Part shown: one piece after another, positions 8,003 through 15,832 of the stretch
Numbering within the stretch: position 1 is the stretch's first letter
Layout of the letters: each line of letters opens with the position of its first letter
From: an uncultured Chthoniobacteraceae bacterium
GTDB taxonomy: Bacteria; Verrucomicrobiota; Verrucomicrobiia; Chthoniobacterales; UBA10450
NCBI GenBank assembly: GCA_964523205.1
Contig: CAZFZG010000003.1
Coordinates: 10,719-37,482 of the forward strand
Direction: 5' to 3'
DNA: 26,764 bases
Position numbers and translations under genes: made by a program
Notes under the pieces: generated by a model
Told to the model about the DNA's origin: nothing
The model's database searches: none
The model's input: only the letters and a program-made list of their open reading frames with translations

Positions 8003-8521
8003 TTACAGCGCTTTGTAATCGACGGAGATCGTGCGGAAGACGAGCTGATCGTGTTGGGCCGAAAAATAAAAGAGCTCGAGCATCGTCGCGCCGATGGTCC
8101 ATTGATAGCCAACCAGGGTTTGAATGACGTCGGAGTCGGTGTCGCGCGTGCGCGAGACTAATTTGCCTGTTCCGTACTTGCCATCGAAGTAACGGCGAAT
8201 TTCTCCCATTCGTTCGTTGTAGCGTTCGATTGACCAGTCGGGATATTCGTATTGGAGTTCGACGCCGAAGAGTGCGCTGCCTTTAAAAGTAAACAGGGTC
8301 CGCTTCAAACCAGGATGGACCAGGCCTTCCACCGTCCAGATTTCACGGTTTTCTTTTTTTTCGCGGGATAAGATTGTCGCCTTCGCGCCCCTTAGGACTG
8401 CTTCCACGCGCGACATTGGATCGTTCCAACGAAATCCAAACGGCGGATTCAATTCTTCAGCGCCGGAGATCGTTGAAGCGGCAATCAACAGCAAGAAAAG
8501 TGAAATCAGGATGCGCGACAT
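8003..8521 (-). CDS. Hypothetical secreted protein
   Basis: Signal-peptide-like MSRILISLFLLLIAASTISG followed by a globular-looking domain (PPFGFRWND...GVELQY). Start set at ATG 8521; the longer 8599 start adds a non-signal segment. Confidence 0.75.
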   Translation of the reverse strand: MSRILISLFLLLIAASTISGAEELNPPFGFRWNDPMSRVEAVLRGAKATILSREKKENREIWTVEGLVHPGLKRTLFTFKGSALFGVELQYEYPDWSIERYNERMGEIRRYFDGKYGTGKLVSRTRDTDSDVIQTLVGYQWTIGATMLELFYFSAQHDQLVFRTISVDYKAL

Positions 8522-8703
8522 ACTCGATGGAGGGCGCAGTGCCACATTACCAGTTGGCTTGAGCAAAGAAAATACTGATGGTGGCAGGCCGTAGTGCATT
8601 GCGCGCGCGGAGAGAAAAATTTGATTGCTTGGGACACGCTCGTTTTGCGTTTTCAGTCAAGAATTTTTTGACCGAAAAAGAAAAATAAAGTTCAGATTTT
8701 TTC

Positions 8704-8732
8704 TTGTCGATCTTGCGCGCGATTTCTAGTCT
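8704..8732 (+). promoter_or_regulatory. Putative sigma70-type dnaA promoter
   Basis: TTGTCG (8704-8709), 17-bp spacer, TAGTCT (8727-8732), preceded by A/T tracts resembling an UP element. Confidence 0.5.
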
Positions 8733-8765
8733 CAAGCCCGCGGCAGGGGACGAAAGGCAGGCGCG

Positions 8766-8797
8766 TGTGAATAAGATGTGAACATGTCTGAGAAAAA
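8766..8797 (-). promoter_or_regulatory. Array of three co-oriented DnaA-box-like sites
   Basis: Minus-strand reads are TTATTCACA (8766-8774, exact TTWTNCACA), ATGTTCACA (8777-8785, 2 mismatches) and TTTTTCTCA (8789-8797, 1 mismatch). Confidence 0.55.
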
Positions 8798-9055
8798 TTG
8801 ATTCCCTAGAATGAGCAAGGCCTTAACCTCATCAAACAGAAAATTTAACGGAGATTTAAATCCTGAGCCGCAACGGATATCTGATTGGCAGCGAAGAGCG
8901 CAAATTCCCTCGTATTTTGGCAATTTTGGCTTTTTTAACCGGCTTTTGATGCTTCGGATGCAGGCGCGCGTCACCAGGCGTCGCCTCCGTCAGATGCATT
9001 CGTTCCCTGTCATAACCGCCTTTATGGCGATTGTGTAACACTGTTAACAACTCCC

Positions 9056-10402
9056 ATGGACGAGAAATGTACTCAGCTTTGGCAAAAACTCTCGGCCGCG
9101 CTCAAGCCGCACGTCAGCGCCGATACATTTAAGCGTTGGTTCTCCGCAGTTGAATTGGCTGGAGTCACTCCGAAAACGCTCAGTTTTCGCGTACCCAACA
9201 ACATCTACCAATACTGGATCGAGAGTAACCACATGGCTGCGCTGGAGGGTGCGGTGCTGACTGCGCTGGGCGAGCCGCGCGAAATCAAATTCATCTCGTC
9301 CGAAACGCCCGTTGAAACCAGCGAAGCCATTTCAGCCGTGAAAGAAAGTGAATCGAGCCGCGAAGCCAGGCCCAGCAGTTCCTTCGGGCTCAATCCGCGC
9401 AACACCTTTGAATCGTTCGTGGTCGGGCCGAATAACGAGATCGCGCACGCGGCCAGCCTGGCTGTCGCGCAAGCACCGGCCCGCACCTACAATCCGCTTT
9501 TCATTTACGGCGGCGTCGGCCTGGGTAAGACCCACCTGATGCAGGCAATTGGCCAGTACGCGCTCGCGAAAAAGAAAAACACCAAGGTGATTTATCTTTC
9601 GAGCGAGCTCTTCATCAACGAGTTCATCGACGCGATCCAGCACAACAACTTGGTCAAGTTTCGCAAGCGCTATCGCCAGGCCGATTTGCTCTGTATCGAC
9701 GACATCCAATTCCTGGCCGGCAAGGAACGCTCGCAGGAGGAGTTTTTCCACACCTTCAACACGCTCTTTGATGGCCACAAACAGATTGTCCTCTCATGCG
9801 ATCGGCCCGCGTCGGAAATTGCCAACCTCGAGCATCGGCTGGTGTCGCGGTTTGAATGGGGACTGACCGCTGAGCTTCAGCCGCCCGCCATCGAAACCCG
9901 GCTCGCCATTTTGCGCAAAAAAGCGCGGGGCATGCAGATCAAACTGCCGGACGAGACCTTTGAATTTCTGGCCAACCGCATCCGCAGCAACGTTCGTCGG
10001 CTGGAAGGTGCCCTCATGCGGGTGGCGTCGTTCGCATCATTAAGCGGGAAGGAACTTACCCGGGAAGTGATCGAGCATTTGCTCAAGGACATTCTCCAGG
10101 AAGAAGCGCGAGCCTCGATTACGATCGAACAAATTCAGCGCAAGGTGGCCGAGCATTTCGACGTGCGCCTGGCCGACATGACGAGCAAGCGCCGCCCCGC
10201 CTCGATTGCTTTTCCGCGACAGGTAGCAATGTATCTGGCGCGCGAGCTAACCAAATCTTCGCTCAACGAAATCGGCGACGCCTTCGGCGGGCGCGATCAC
10301 GGCACGGTCCTGCACGCGTGCAAACTCGTGAAAAGGCGGATGAAAGAGCAGGACAACATCCGGCAAACGATTTCGTTCATCGACAGCTCGCTGCAACGCT
10401 GA
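9056..10402 (+). CDS. dnaA: Chromosomal replication initiator DnaA
   Basis: [17 protein letters not shown] (Walker A), LLCIDDIQF (Walker B), [19 protein letters not shown], domain IV RQVAMYL...[12 protein letters not shown]. Confidence 0.99.
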   Translation: [448 protein letters not shown]

Positions 10403-10438
10403 GTGTACTGGTCGACCCGAGCGCACAAGAGTTTGCGG

Positions 10439-10466
10439 TTGCCGAATAAGAGCCCCCGCCTAACAT
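10439..10466 (+). promoter_or_regulatory. Possible internal dnaN promoter
   Basis: TTGCCG, 16-bp spacer, TAACAT, located 19 bp before the dnaN ATG. Confidence 0.3.
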
Positions 10467-10485
10467 CTTAGCCAGATTCGTTCTC

Positions 10486-11583
10486 ATGAAGTTTAGCGCC
10501 ACCAAAGAAAAGCTGCTGGAAGGTTTGCAACAGGTCCAAAACGTCGTTAGCACTCGCACGACACTGCCGATTCTTTCAAACGTGTTGCTCCAGGCGAGCG
10601 ACGGTACCGTGCATTTGACTACTACCGATCTCGACGTGGGCGTGCGGGGTAGTTTCGAGGCTGACGTGGAAAAGGAAGGTGCGACCACTCTTCCTGCGCG
10701 CCGGCTGTTCAACATCGTTCGTGAATTGCCCGCGAGCGAAATCCAGATCGATGTCGATGGCAAAAATACGGCCTCAATCCGCAGCGGCCAGAGCTTTTTC
10801 AAAATCCTTGGATTGCCGGAGGAAGAATTTCCGCCGCTACCGAAATTCGAAGACGCCAAGGTGGTGACAATTCGCCAGAAAGAGTTGCGCGACGGTTTGC
10901 GCAAAACTTCCTACGCGATCTCTACCGACGAAACTCGTTACGTGCTCAACGGCCTGCTCTTCAGCTTCAAAGACAACAAGCTCACTCTCGTAGCCACGGA
11001 CGGACGCCGCCTGGCCATGGTCGATATTGAATTGGAAATTCCGCGCAGCCAGGAGACCGATATCATCGTTCCGACCAAAGCGGTCACGGAGCTGCAGCGA
11101 CTTTTGACTGACGATGGCGGCGTCAAAGTAAGCGTGGCCAGCGGCCAGATAGCCTTCGATCTAAACAAGACGCTGCTGGTCTCGAAGTTAATCGAAGGGA
11201 ATTATCCGAACTACAAGCAGGTAATTCCGGGCGAAGCGAAAGAGCGAGTCACCCTTGAGCGGGAGACATTCCTCAACTCCCTGCGGCGCGTTTCCCTTTT
11301 GGCGAGCGAGAAATCCAACTCGATCAAACTTAATTTCAGCAAGAACAACATCGACATCACTGCTAACACGCCGGAGGTCGGCGAAGCCAAGGAATCGCTG
11401 CCGGTGCAATACAAGGGCCGCGATTTTTCGATTGCCTTCAATCCGGAGTTCCTGATGGCGCCATTGCGCAACCTGACCGAAGACGAAGTCTTTCTCGACC
11501 TGATCGACGAGATGAGTCCTGGCGTTTTGAAAATCCAGACACCGTTTCTCTACGTGCTGATGCCGATGCGCATCAGTTCCTAG
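10486..11583 (+). CDS. dnaN: DNA polymerase III beta sliding clamp
   Basis: RTTLPILSNVLL, DETRYVLNG, VATDGRRLA, SKLIEGNYPNY and YVLMPMR; directly downstream of dnaA. Confidence 0.99.
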   Translation: MKFSATKEKLLEGLQQVQNVVSTRTTLPILSNVLLQASDGTVHLTTTDLDVGVRGSFEADVEKEGATTLPARRLFNIVRELPASEIQIDVDGKNTASIRSGQSFFKILGLPEEEFPPLPKFEDAKVVTIRQKELRDGLRKTSYAISTDETRYVLNGLLFSFKDNKLTLVATDGRRLAMVDIELEIPRSQETDIIVPTKAVTELQRLLTDDGGVKVSVASGQIAFDLNKTLLVSKLIEGNYPNYKQVIPGEAKERVTLERETFLNSLRRVSLLASEKSNSIKLNFSKNNIDITANTPEVGEAKESLPVQYKGRDFSIAFNPEFLMAPLRNLTEDEVFLDLIDEMSPGVLKIQTPFLYVLMPMRISS

Positions 11584-12569
11584 ATTGCTATCTTTTGTCC
11601 CAACGCATCTGTGCGAGGGATATTGTGGGTCAACGCCTGATCGAGCGCCTCGCGAACAAGATCGACACGGAGTTGTGGGAGGTCTTTGTCAGGAGCCCGA
11701 ATCACCCGCACGTTTTCGTTTATCGGCGCCCAAACCGCCGGATCCGTCGGCCCGAACAACAGAATCGACTTTGCGCCTGCCGCCGCCGCCAGGTGTGAAA
11801 TGCCGCTGTCGTGGCCGATGAAAATCGTTTTCTGAAGGACTGCAGCCAAAATCGGTAGTGGCAGCGATTTCCCGAACCGAACGCGGGGAGTTTGCCAGGT
11901 AGACTCGAGCTTCTTGGTCTGGGCTTGGTCAGCTTCACCTGAAACAATTAGGAGCGAGCCAGTGTGAGTTCGGAGGAAATGATTTCCCAGATTGATCCAG
12001 TTTTGAAGCGGCCAGTTCTTCTTATCGCTTCCGCTTCCTGGATGAAACGCGACTAGGCCAGTCCGGCTCGGGCTCGGCGTGTCCAACCCGGCGAGAAATT
12101 CCCTGGCCTGATGGCGATCTGCTTCCGATGGAAAAAGTTGCGCCGCAAAATCTGAAATCGGGCGGCCAAGTTCTTCGATTGGTCGCGCCAGCTGTCGGGT
12201 CGCGTGCGTGTGATTGTCGATCTTGGCTGGACCTCGGAATATTTTCTTCGCGCCACTTCTTCTCAAATTGTGTTCGAAAAGCAAATCTGGATCGTAGAGA
12301 TAGCTGATTATGACGTCGAACGCGGCAAAGTAATTTGCAAGCTCAGGCGGCAGATCAGGGTCTTTGGCAAAGAATCTCGAAAGTTGCGCCGATTCGATAG
12401 AGCGGACCCTGTTGGCGTAAAATCGTTTTTCGGCCAGAATCGCGACGTGTTTGTATCCGAGAATTTCAATGTGCGCGTTAGGATGCGCGTCGCGCAGTGC
12501 CTTCATTGCCGGCAAAGTCAGGATGAAATCGCCGATCGCGCCGCCGCGAATCACCAAGAGTCGATTCAA
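11580..12569 (-). CDS. Glycosyltransferase family 9 (ADP-heptose:LPS heptosyltransferase-like)
   Basis: LVIRGGAIGDFILTLP, HPGSG..KKNWP, IGHDSGISHLAAA, LFGPTDP. Confidence 0.92.
   Translation of the reverse strand: MNRLLVIRGGAIGDFILTLPAMKALRDAHPNAHIEILGYKHVAILAEKRFYANRVRSIESAQLSRFFAKDPDLPPELANYFAAFDVIISYLYDPDLLFEHNLRRSGAKKIFRGPAKIDNHTHATRQLARPIEELGRPISDFAAQLFPSEADRHQAREFLAGLDTPSPSRTGLVAFHPGSGSDKKNWPLQNWINLGNHFLRTHTGSLLIVSGEADQAQTKKLESTWQTPRVRFGKSLPLPILAAVLQKTIFIGHDSGISHLAAAAGAKSILLFGPTDPAVWAPINENVRVIRAPDKDLPQLRVDLVREALDQALTHNIPRTDALGQKIAI
12055..12071. repeat. 17-bp dispersed motif AGGCCAGTCCGGCTCGG, copy 2 (inside GT9 gene)
   Basis: Identical to 1543-1559. Followed by a tandem second GGCTCG. 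Confidence 0.7.
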
Positions 12570-12578
12570 TCCACGAAA

Positions 12579-13130
12579 TCAGTATTGGGTGAACGCGCAG
12601 GCAAGAATGGTGACGCCGTAAACTGCGGCGATGCCGTGAATGGTGTGCCAGCGCGCGTTGCTGTGCGTGCTCCAATTGATCTGGTCGCGTAACAGATACG
12701 GCATCGTCACCCAGAAGAGGCCGGCCAGAACGAGCAAATACGCGAACACGGTCAGGAATAGTCGGCTGGTTTCGTAACGAAAAAATGCCGCTTCCAGAAG
12801 CGGCTCGGCCACGAGCAGGCAAAGAATTCCCAGGGCGCGAACGGCTAGGAATTCATCGACGAATCGAATTACTAGCACGTAACCAATCGGTAGGACAATC
12901 AGTAGGGGGCGGCGAAAGCCGGAGAACTCACCCATTTCCATGGTGGCGAGCAACCAAAACGACCAAACCAGAACCAAAGTCAAAAGGAGAACACCTGCCA
13001 GACGCGACCGCGGCAGACGTTTCAACCAGGTTTGGGCTGCAGCCGGCTTTATCAAGCCTGGCAAAGTAATCAGAACGAGCAGGGCGCCCGCCCCAATGCC
13101 CGCGATTTGCAGATTCAGGTCGTAGATCAT
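12579..13130 (-). CDS. Hypothetical integral membrane protein (about 6 TM helices)
   Basis: Hydrophobic 183-aa ORF from MIYDL. Its ATG overlaps the miaB TGA (ATGA). The longer 13367 start overlaps miaB and was rejected. Confidence 0.82.
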   Translation of the reverse strand: MIYDLNLQIAGIGAGALLVLITLPGLIKPAAAQTWLKRLPRSRLAGVLLLTLVLVWSFWLLATMEMGEFSGFRRPLLIVLPIGYVLVIRFVDEFLAVRALGILCLLVAEPLLEAAFFRYETSRLFLTVFAYLLVLAGLFWVTMPYLLRDQINWSTHSNARWHTIHGIAAVYGVTILACAFTQY

Positions 13131-14509
13131 GCTGCGATGGTCGCCGTCTGCGCCGCCGTGACCGGCTTCCCGTAGAGACTGAACCCAGTCGCGCGCTCGA
13201 TGTGAACATCGACAAATGTCCCGACGGAGTCTTCCGCGCTCTCGAACAAAACAGTCTTGTTGGTGCGCGTCCGTCCCATCAAACGGGACGGATTGGTCTT
13301 GCTTGGACCTTCGCAAAGAACTTCGAGGGTACGATCGATCAGGCGCTGGTTGATTCGCAATGCGCACTCATTCACGATTTCGAGCAAATCGTGATTGCGA
13401 GCTTCCTTTACGTGCTCGTCAATCTGTTCCGGCATCTGCGCCGCGGGCGTGTGGCGCCTGGGCGAATAACGAAACACGAACGCGTTATCGAATTGGACCC
13501 TCTCCACGAGGCTTTTTGTTTGCTGGTAATCGTCATCCGTTTCACCGGGAAATCCGACTATAATGTCGGTGGTGATAGCGATTCCAGGTCGGGCCTGGCG
13601 CACGCGCTGGACAAGGTCGACATATTTCTCGGCCGTATAGGTCCGGTGCATTGCTTTGAGGACTCGGTCGGAACCGGACTGAACCGGCAGATGAAGATGA
13701 TCGACCACCTTCGGCAGGCGGCGGTAGGCTTCGATTAAATCTTCGCGAATTCCAATCGGATGGGGCGAGGTAAAGCGAAGGCGCTGCAAGCCGTCGACTT
13801 CGTGGACAGCTTCGAGCAATTGCACGAATGGGCTCTTGTTGTCGATCTTTGGAAATTCGTGCCGGCCGTAGAGATTCACGATCTGCCCAAGGAGCGTCAC
13901 TTCCATCACTCCGCGAGAAACGAGTTCGCGAACTTCGGCGACAATATCGTCGATCGAACGACTCCGTTCCGCTCCGCGGGTCTGTGGGACAATGCAAAAT
14001 GCGCAATGCATGTTGCAGCCTTGCATGATCGACACGAACGCGGTCGCCTGTCTTAGCGCCACTTGCTGATCGCGAATCGCAGACTGGGATCCGGTTTCCT
14101 GCTCTACATCGACGATCGAAAACCGCGGATCGTCCATCGCACGGTGCCGTTTCCTTTCGACGGCTGCCTCGACGTAATCGGCGACGCGGTGGAACTTCTG
14201 GGTGCCGACCACAAGATCGAGGTGAGGCAGGTTTTTCAGAAGCGAAGCTCCCCGTGTTTGGGCCATGCATCCAAGAAAGCCAAACACAACGTGGGGTCGC
14301 TCGTTTGCCATCCGACCGAGCATTCCCATCTTGCCGAGCGCCTTCTGATCAGCCATGTCGCGGACGCTGCAAGTATTTAATAACACCACGTCCGCGTCCG
14401 ATTCGCTCTCAGCGCGTTCGTAGCCACGCGCAATGAGCGAGTGCGCGACCTGTTCCGAGTCGCGCTCGTTCATCTGGCAGCCGTAGGTCTTGATGTAAAA
14501 CTTCGGCAT
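13127..14509 (-). CDS. miaB: tRNA (N6-isopentenyl-A37) C2-methylthiotransferase
   Basis: From MPKFYIKTYGCQMNERDSE; LNTCSVR, GCMAQ, radical-SAM CNMHCAFC, LHLPVQSGS, TDIIVGFPGET and a C-terminal TRAM domain. Confidence 0.96.
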   Translation of the reverse strand: MPKFYIKTYGCQMNERDSEQVAHSLIARGYERAESESDADVVLLNTCSVRDMADQKALGKMGMLGRMANERPHVVFGFLGCMAQTRGASLLKNLPHLDLVVGTQKFHRVADYVEAAVERKRHRAMDDPRFSIVDVEQETGSQSAIRDQQVALRQATAFVSIMQGCNMHCAFCIVPQTRGAERSRSIDDIVAEVRELVSRGVMEVTLLGQIVNLYGRHEFPKIDNKSPFVQLLEAVHEVDGLQRLRFTSPHPIGIREDLIEAYRRLPKVVDHLHLPVQSGSDRVLKAMHRTYTAEKYVDLVQRVRQARPGIAITTDIIVGFPGETDDDYQQTKSLVERVQFDNAFVFRYSPRRHTPAAQMPEQIDEHVKEARNHDLLEIVNECALRINQRLIDRTLEVLCEGPSKTNPSRLMGRTRTNKTVLFESAEDSVGTFVDVHIERATGFSLYGKPVTAAQTATIAA

Positions 14510-14603
14510 CAGCGGGCGAAATAATACACCGGCAGGCCGCGTTCGCCATCGCCAGATTATCCGCTTTTCAACCTGTCGATCTTTTCGATTTAATGACGCA
14601 CGA

Positions 14604-15473
14604 ATGAAGGAGAATGCGCCGGCAATCGGCATTATTGGGGGAAGCGGATTGTATCAAATGGAGCAGTTGCGCGATGCGACCGAGCACAGGATGGACACGC
14701 CATTCGGTTCGCCCTCCGACGTGTTGATCGGAGGAACAATCAGCGGGCGGCAGGTCTACTTTTTGCCGCGGCACGGCAGGGGCCACCGAATTCTGCCGCA
14801 TGAACTGAATCATCGCGCGAATATTTACGCGCTGCGTTTGCTCAACGTTCGGTGGATTATCGCCGTCACCGCGGTCGGCAGTTTGCAGGAAAAATACAAA
14901 CCGCGTGACATCCTGTTGCCCTCGCAGTTTTACGACCGGACAAGTTTACGTGCGACTCACACGTTCTTCGGGGAGGGGATCGCGGCGCACATATCGTTCG
15001 CCGAACCGATTAGCATTCGTTTGCGGAACTTGCTCGCCGAATCCGGCAAAAAGATCGGTGTCGCCATTCACAATGGCGGCACCTATGTGAATATGGACGG
15101 CCCGGCATTTTCAACACGGGCCGAATCTGAGTTGAACCGGCGCAACGGTTTTGACGTGATTGGAATGACGAATCTGCCGGAAGCGAAATTGGCCCGCGAG
15201 GCGGAGATCGCCTTGGCCACACTGGCGATGATCACTGATTACGATTGCTGGAAGGTGGACGAAGAGCCCGTTTCAGCGCGAACCGTCTTCGGCCATTTAA
15301 CCGCCAATGCCGAGGCCGCGAAAAACGTGTTAATCGAGGCGATCCCCCGAATTCCGACCGAGCCCGACTGGCCTGAGCATTCAGCGCTGGACACAGCTAT
15401 GACAACAGACCGAAAGCTTTGGCCAAAGGCGACCGTAGAAAAGCTGGGTCCGATTTTGAGCCGGTTTTTGTAA
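14604..15473 (+). CDS. mtnP: S-methyl-5'-thioadenosine phosphorylase (MTAP)
   Basis: IGIIGGSGLY, TPFGSPS, FLPRHG..H, N.RANIYAL, GPAFSTRAES, VIGMTNLPEAKLAREAE, TDYDCW. Confidence 0.93.
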   Translation: MKENAPAIGIIGGSGLYQMEQLRDATEHRMDTPFGSPSDVLIGGTISGRQVYFLPRHGRGHRILPHELNHRANIYALRLLNVRWIIAVTAVGSLQEKYKPRDILLPSQFYDRTSLRATHTFFGEGIAAHISFAEPISIRLRNLLAESGKKIGVAIHNGGTYVNMDGPAFSTRAESELNRRNGFDVIGMTNLPEAKLAREAEIALATLAMITDYDCWKVDEEPVSARTVFGHLTANAEAAKNVLIEAIPRIPTEPDWPEHSALDTAMTTDRKLWPKATVEKLGPILSRFL

Positions 15474-15504
15474 GGAGAAAAAAGTACTTGCCTGGCGAGC
15501 GCGA

Positions 15505-15533
15505 ATTATAGTAATTATAAGCGCGTCACTCAA
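15505..15533 (-). promoter_or_regulatory. Near-consensus sigma70 promoter on the minus strand, pointing antisense into mtnP
   Basis: Minus strand: TTGAGT (15533-15528), 17-bp spacer, TATAAT (15510-15505). A second TATAAT lies at 15519-15514. Confidence 0.5.
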
Positions 15534-15550
15534 TTAGGTTTCTACGCATC

Positions 15551-15829
15551 ATGAAAATCGAAATCGGCTTCTGTTTGCTCGGCCTCGCGTTCCTGCCAGC
15601 TTGTTCGACTACTTCTCAGACCACCTCCGCCAATCAGACGCTCGAGCAGCGCCTCCAAGCGAAATATGCCAGCAACACTACCGCGCCCGGCGCGATCGGT
15701 GAGGAGCCGGCGCCACCAGCGGAAGGTCCGGAAGATGTTCCCGCCGATGCCCCAGACAATGTCGATCACAATCCGGCGTTGATGCCGAGCCCATTGCTTC
15801 GCTACTGGGCGGCATCGCGCACCCCTTGA
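15551..15829 (+). CDS. Small hypothetical lipoprotein
   Basis: MKIEIGFCLLGLAFLPA-C lipobox, then a Thr/Pro/Glu-rich low-complexity body; 92 aa. Confidence 0.72.
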   Translation: MKIEIGFCLLGLAFLPACSTTSQTTSANQTLEQRLQAKYASNTTAPGAIGEEPAPPAEGPEDVPADAPDNVDHNPALMPSPLLRYWAASRTP

Positions 15830-15832
15830 AGA

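Larger units (their letters stand above)
8522..9055. other. dnaA upstream region, candidate replication origin (oriC) and dnaA autoregulatory leader
   Basis: The largest intergenic gap in the window (534 bp), with A/T tracts, next to dnaA and containing DnaA-box-like 9-mers. The dnaA-dnaN gap has none. GC skew not computed. Confidence 0.55.

Noticed and set aside
8732-9232. Small ORFs in the dnaA upstream region (8811-9038 +, 8732-8974 -, 8856-9050 -)
   Set aside because: No family resemblance, mutually overlapping, and they cross regulatory motifs. A leader peptide cannot be excluded but nothing supports one.
11598-11620. Hairpin TCCC-AA-CGCA/TGCG-A-GGGA just past the dnaN stop, within the GT9 C-terminal tail
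   Set aside because: Short, bulged and without a real U-tract on either strand; not enough to call a terminator or a repeat.
12610-12650. Short internal repeat reading GDAVN twice in an alternative frame
   Set aside because: Explained by periodic residues in the last TM helix of the minus-strand membrane protein.
15472-15511. AAGGAG Shine-Dalgarno-like sequence followed by a 7-codon TTG ORF (MPGEREL)
   Set aside because: Too short to assess, and the AAGGAG is partly the mtnP stop codon.
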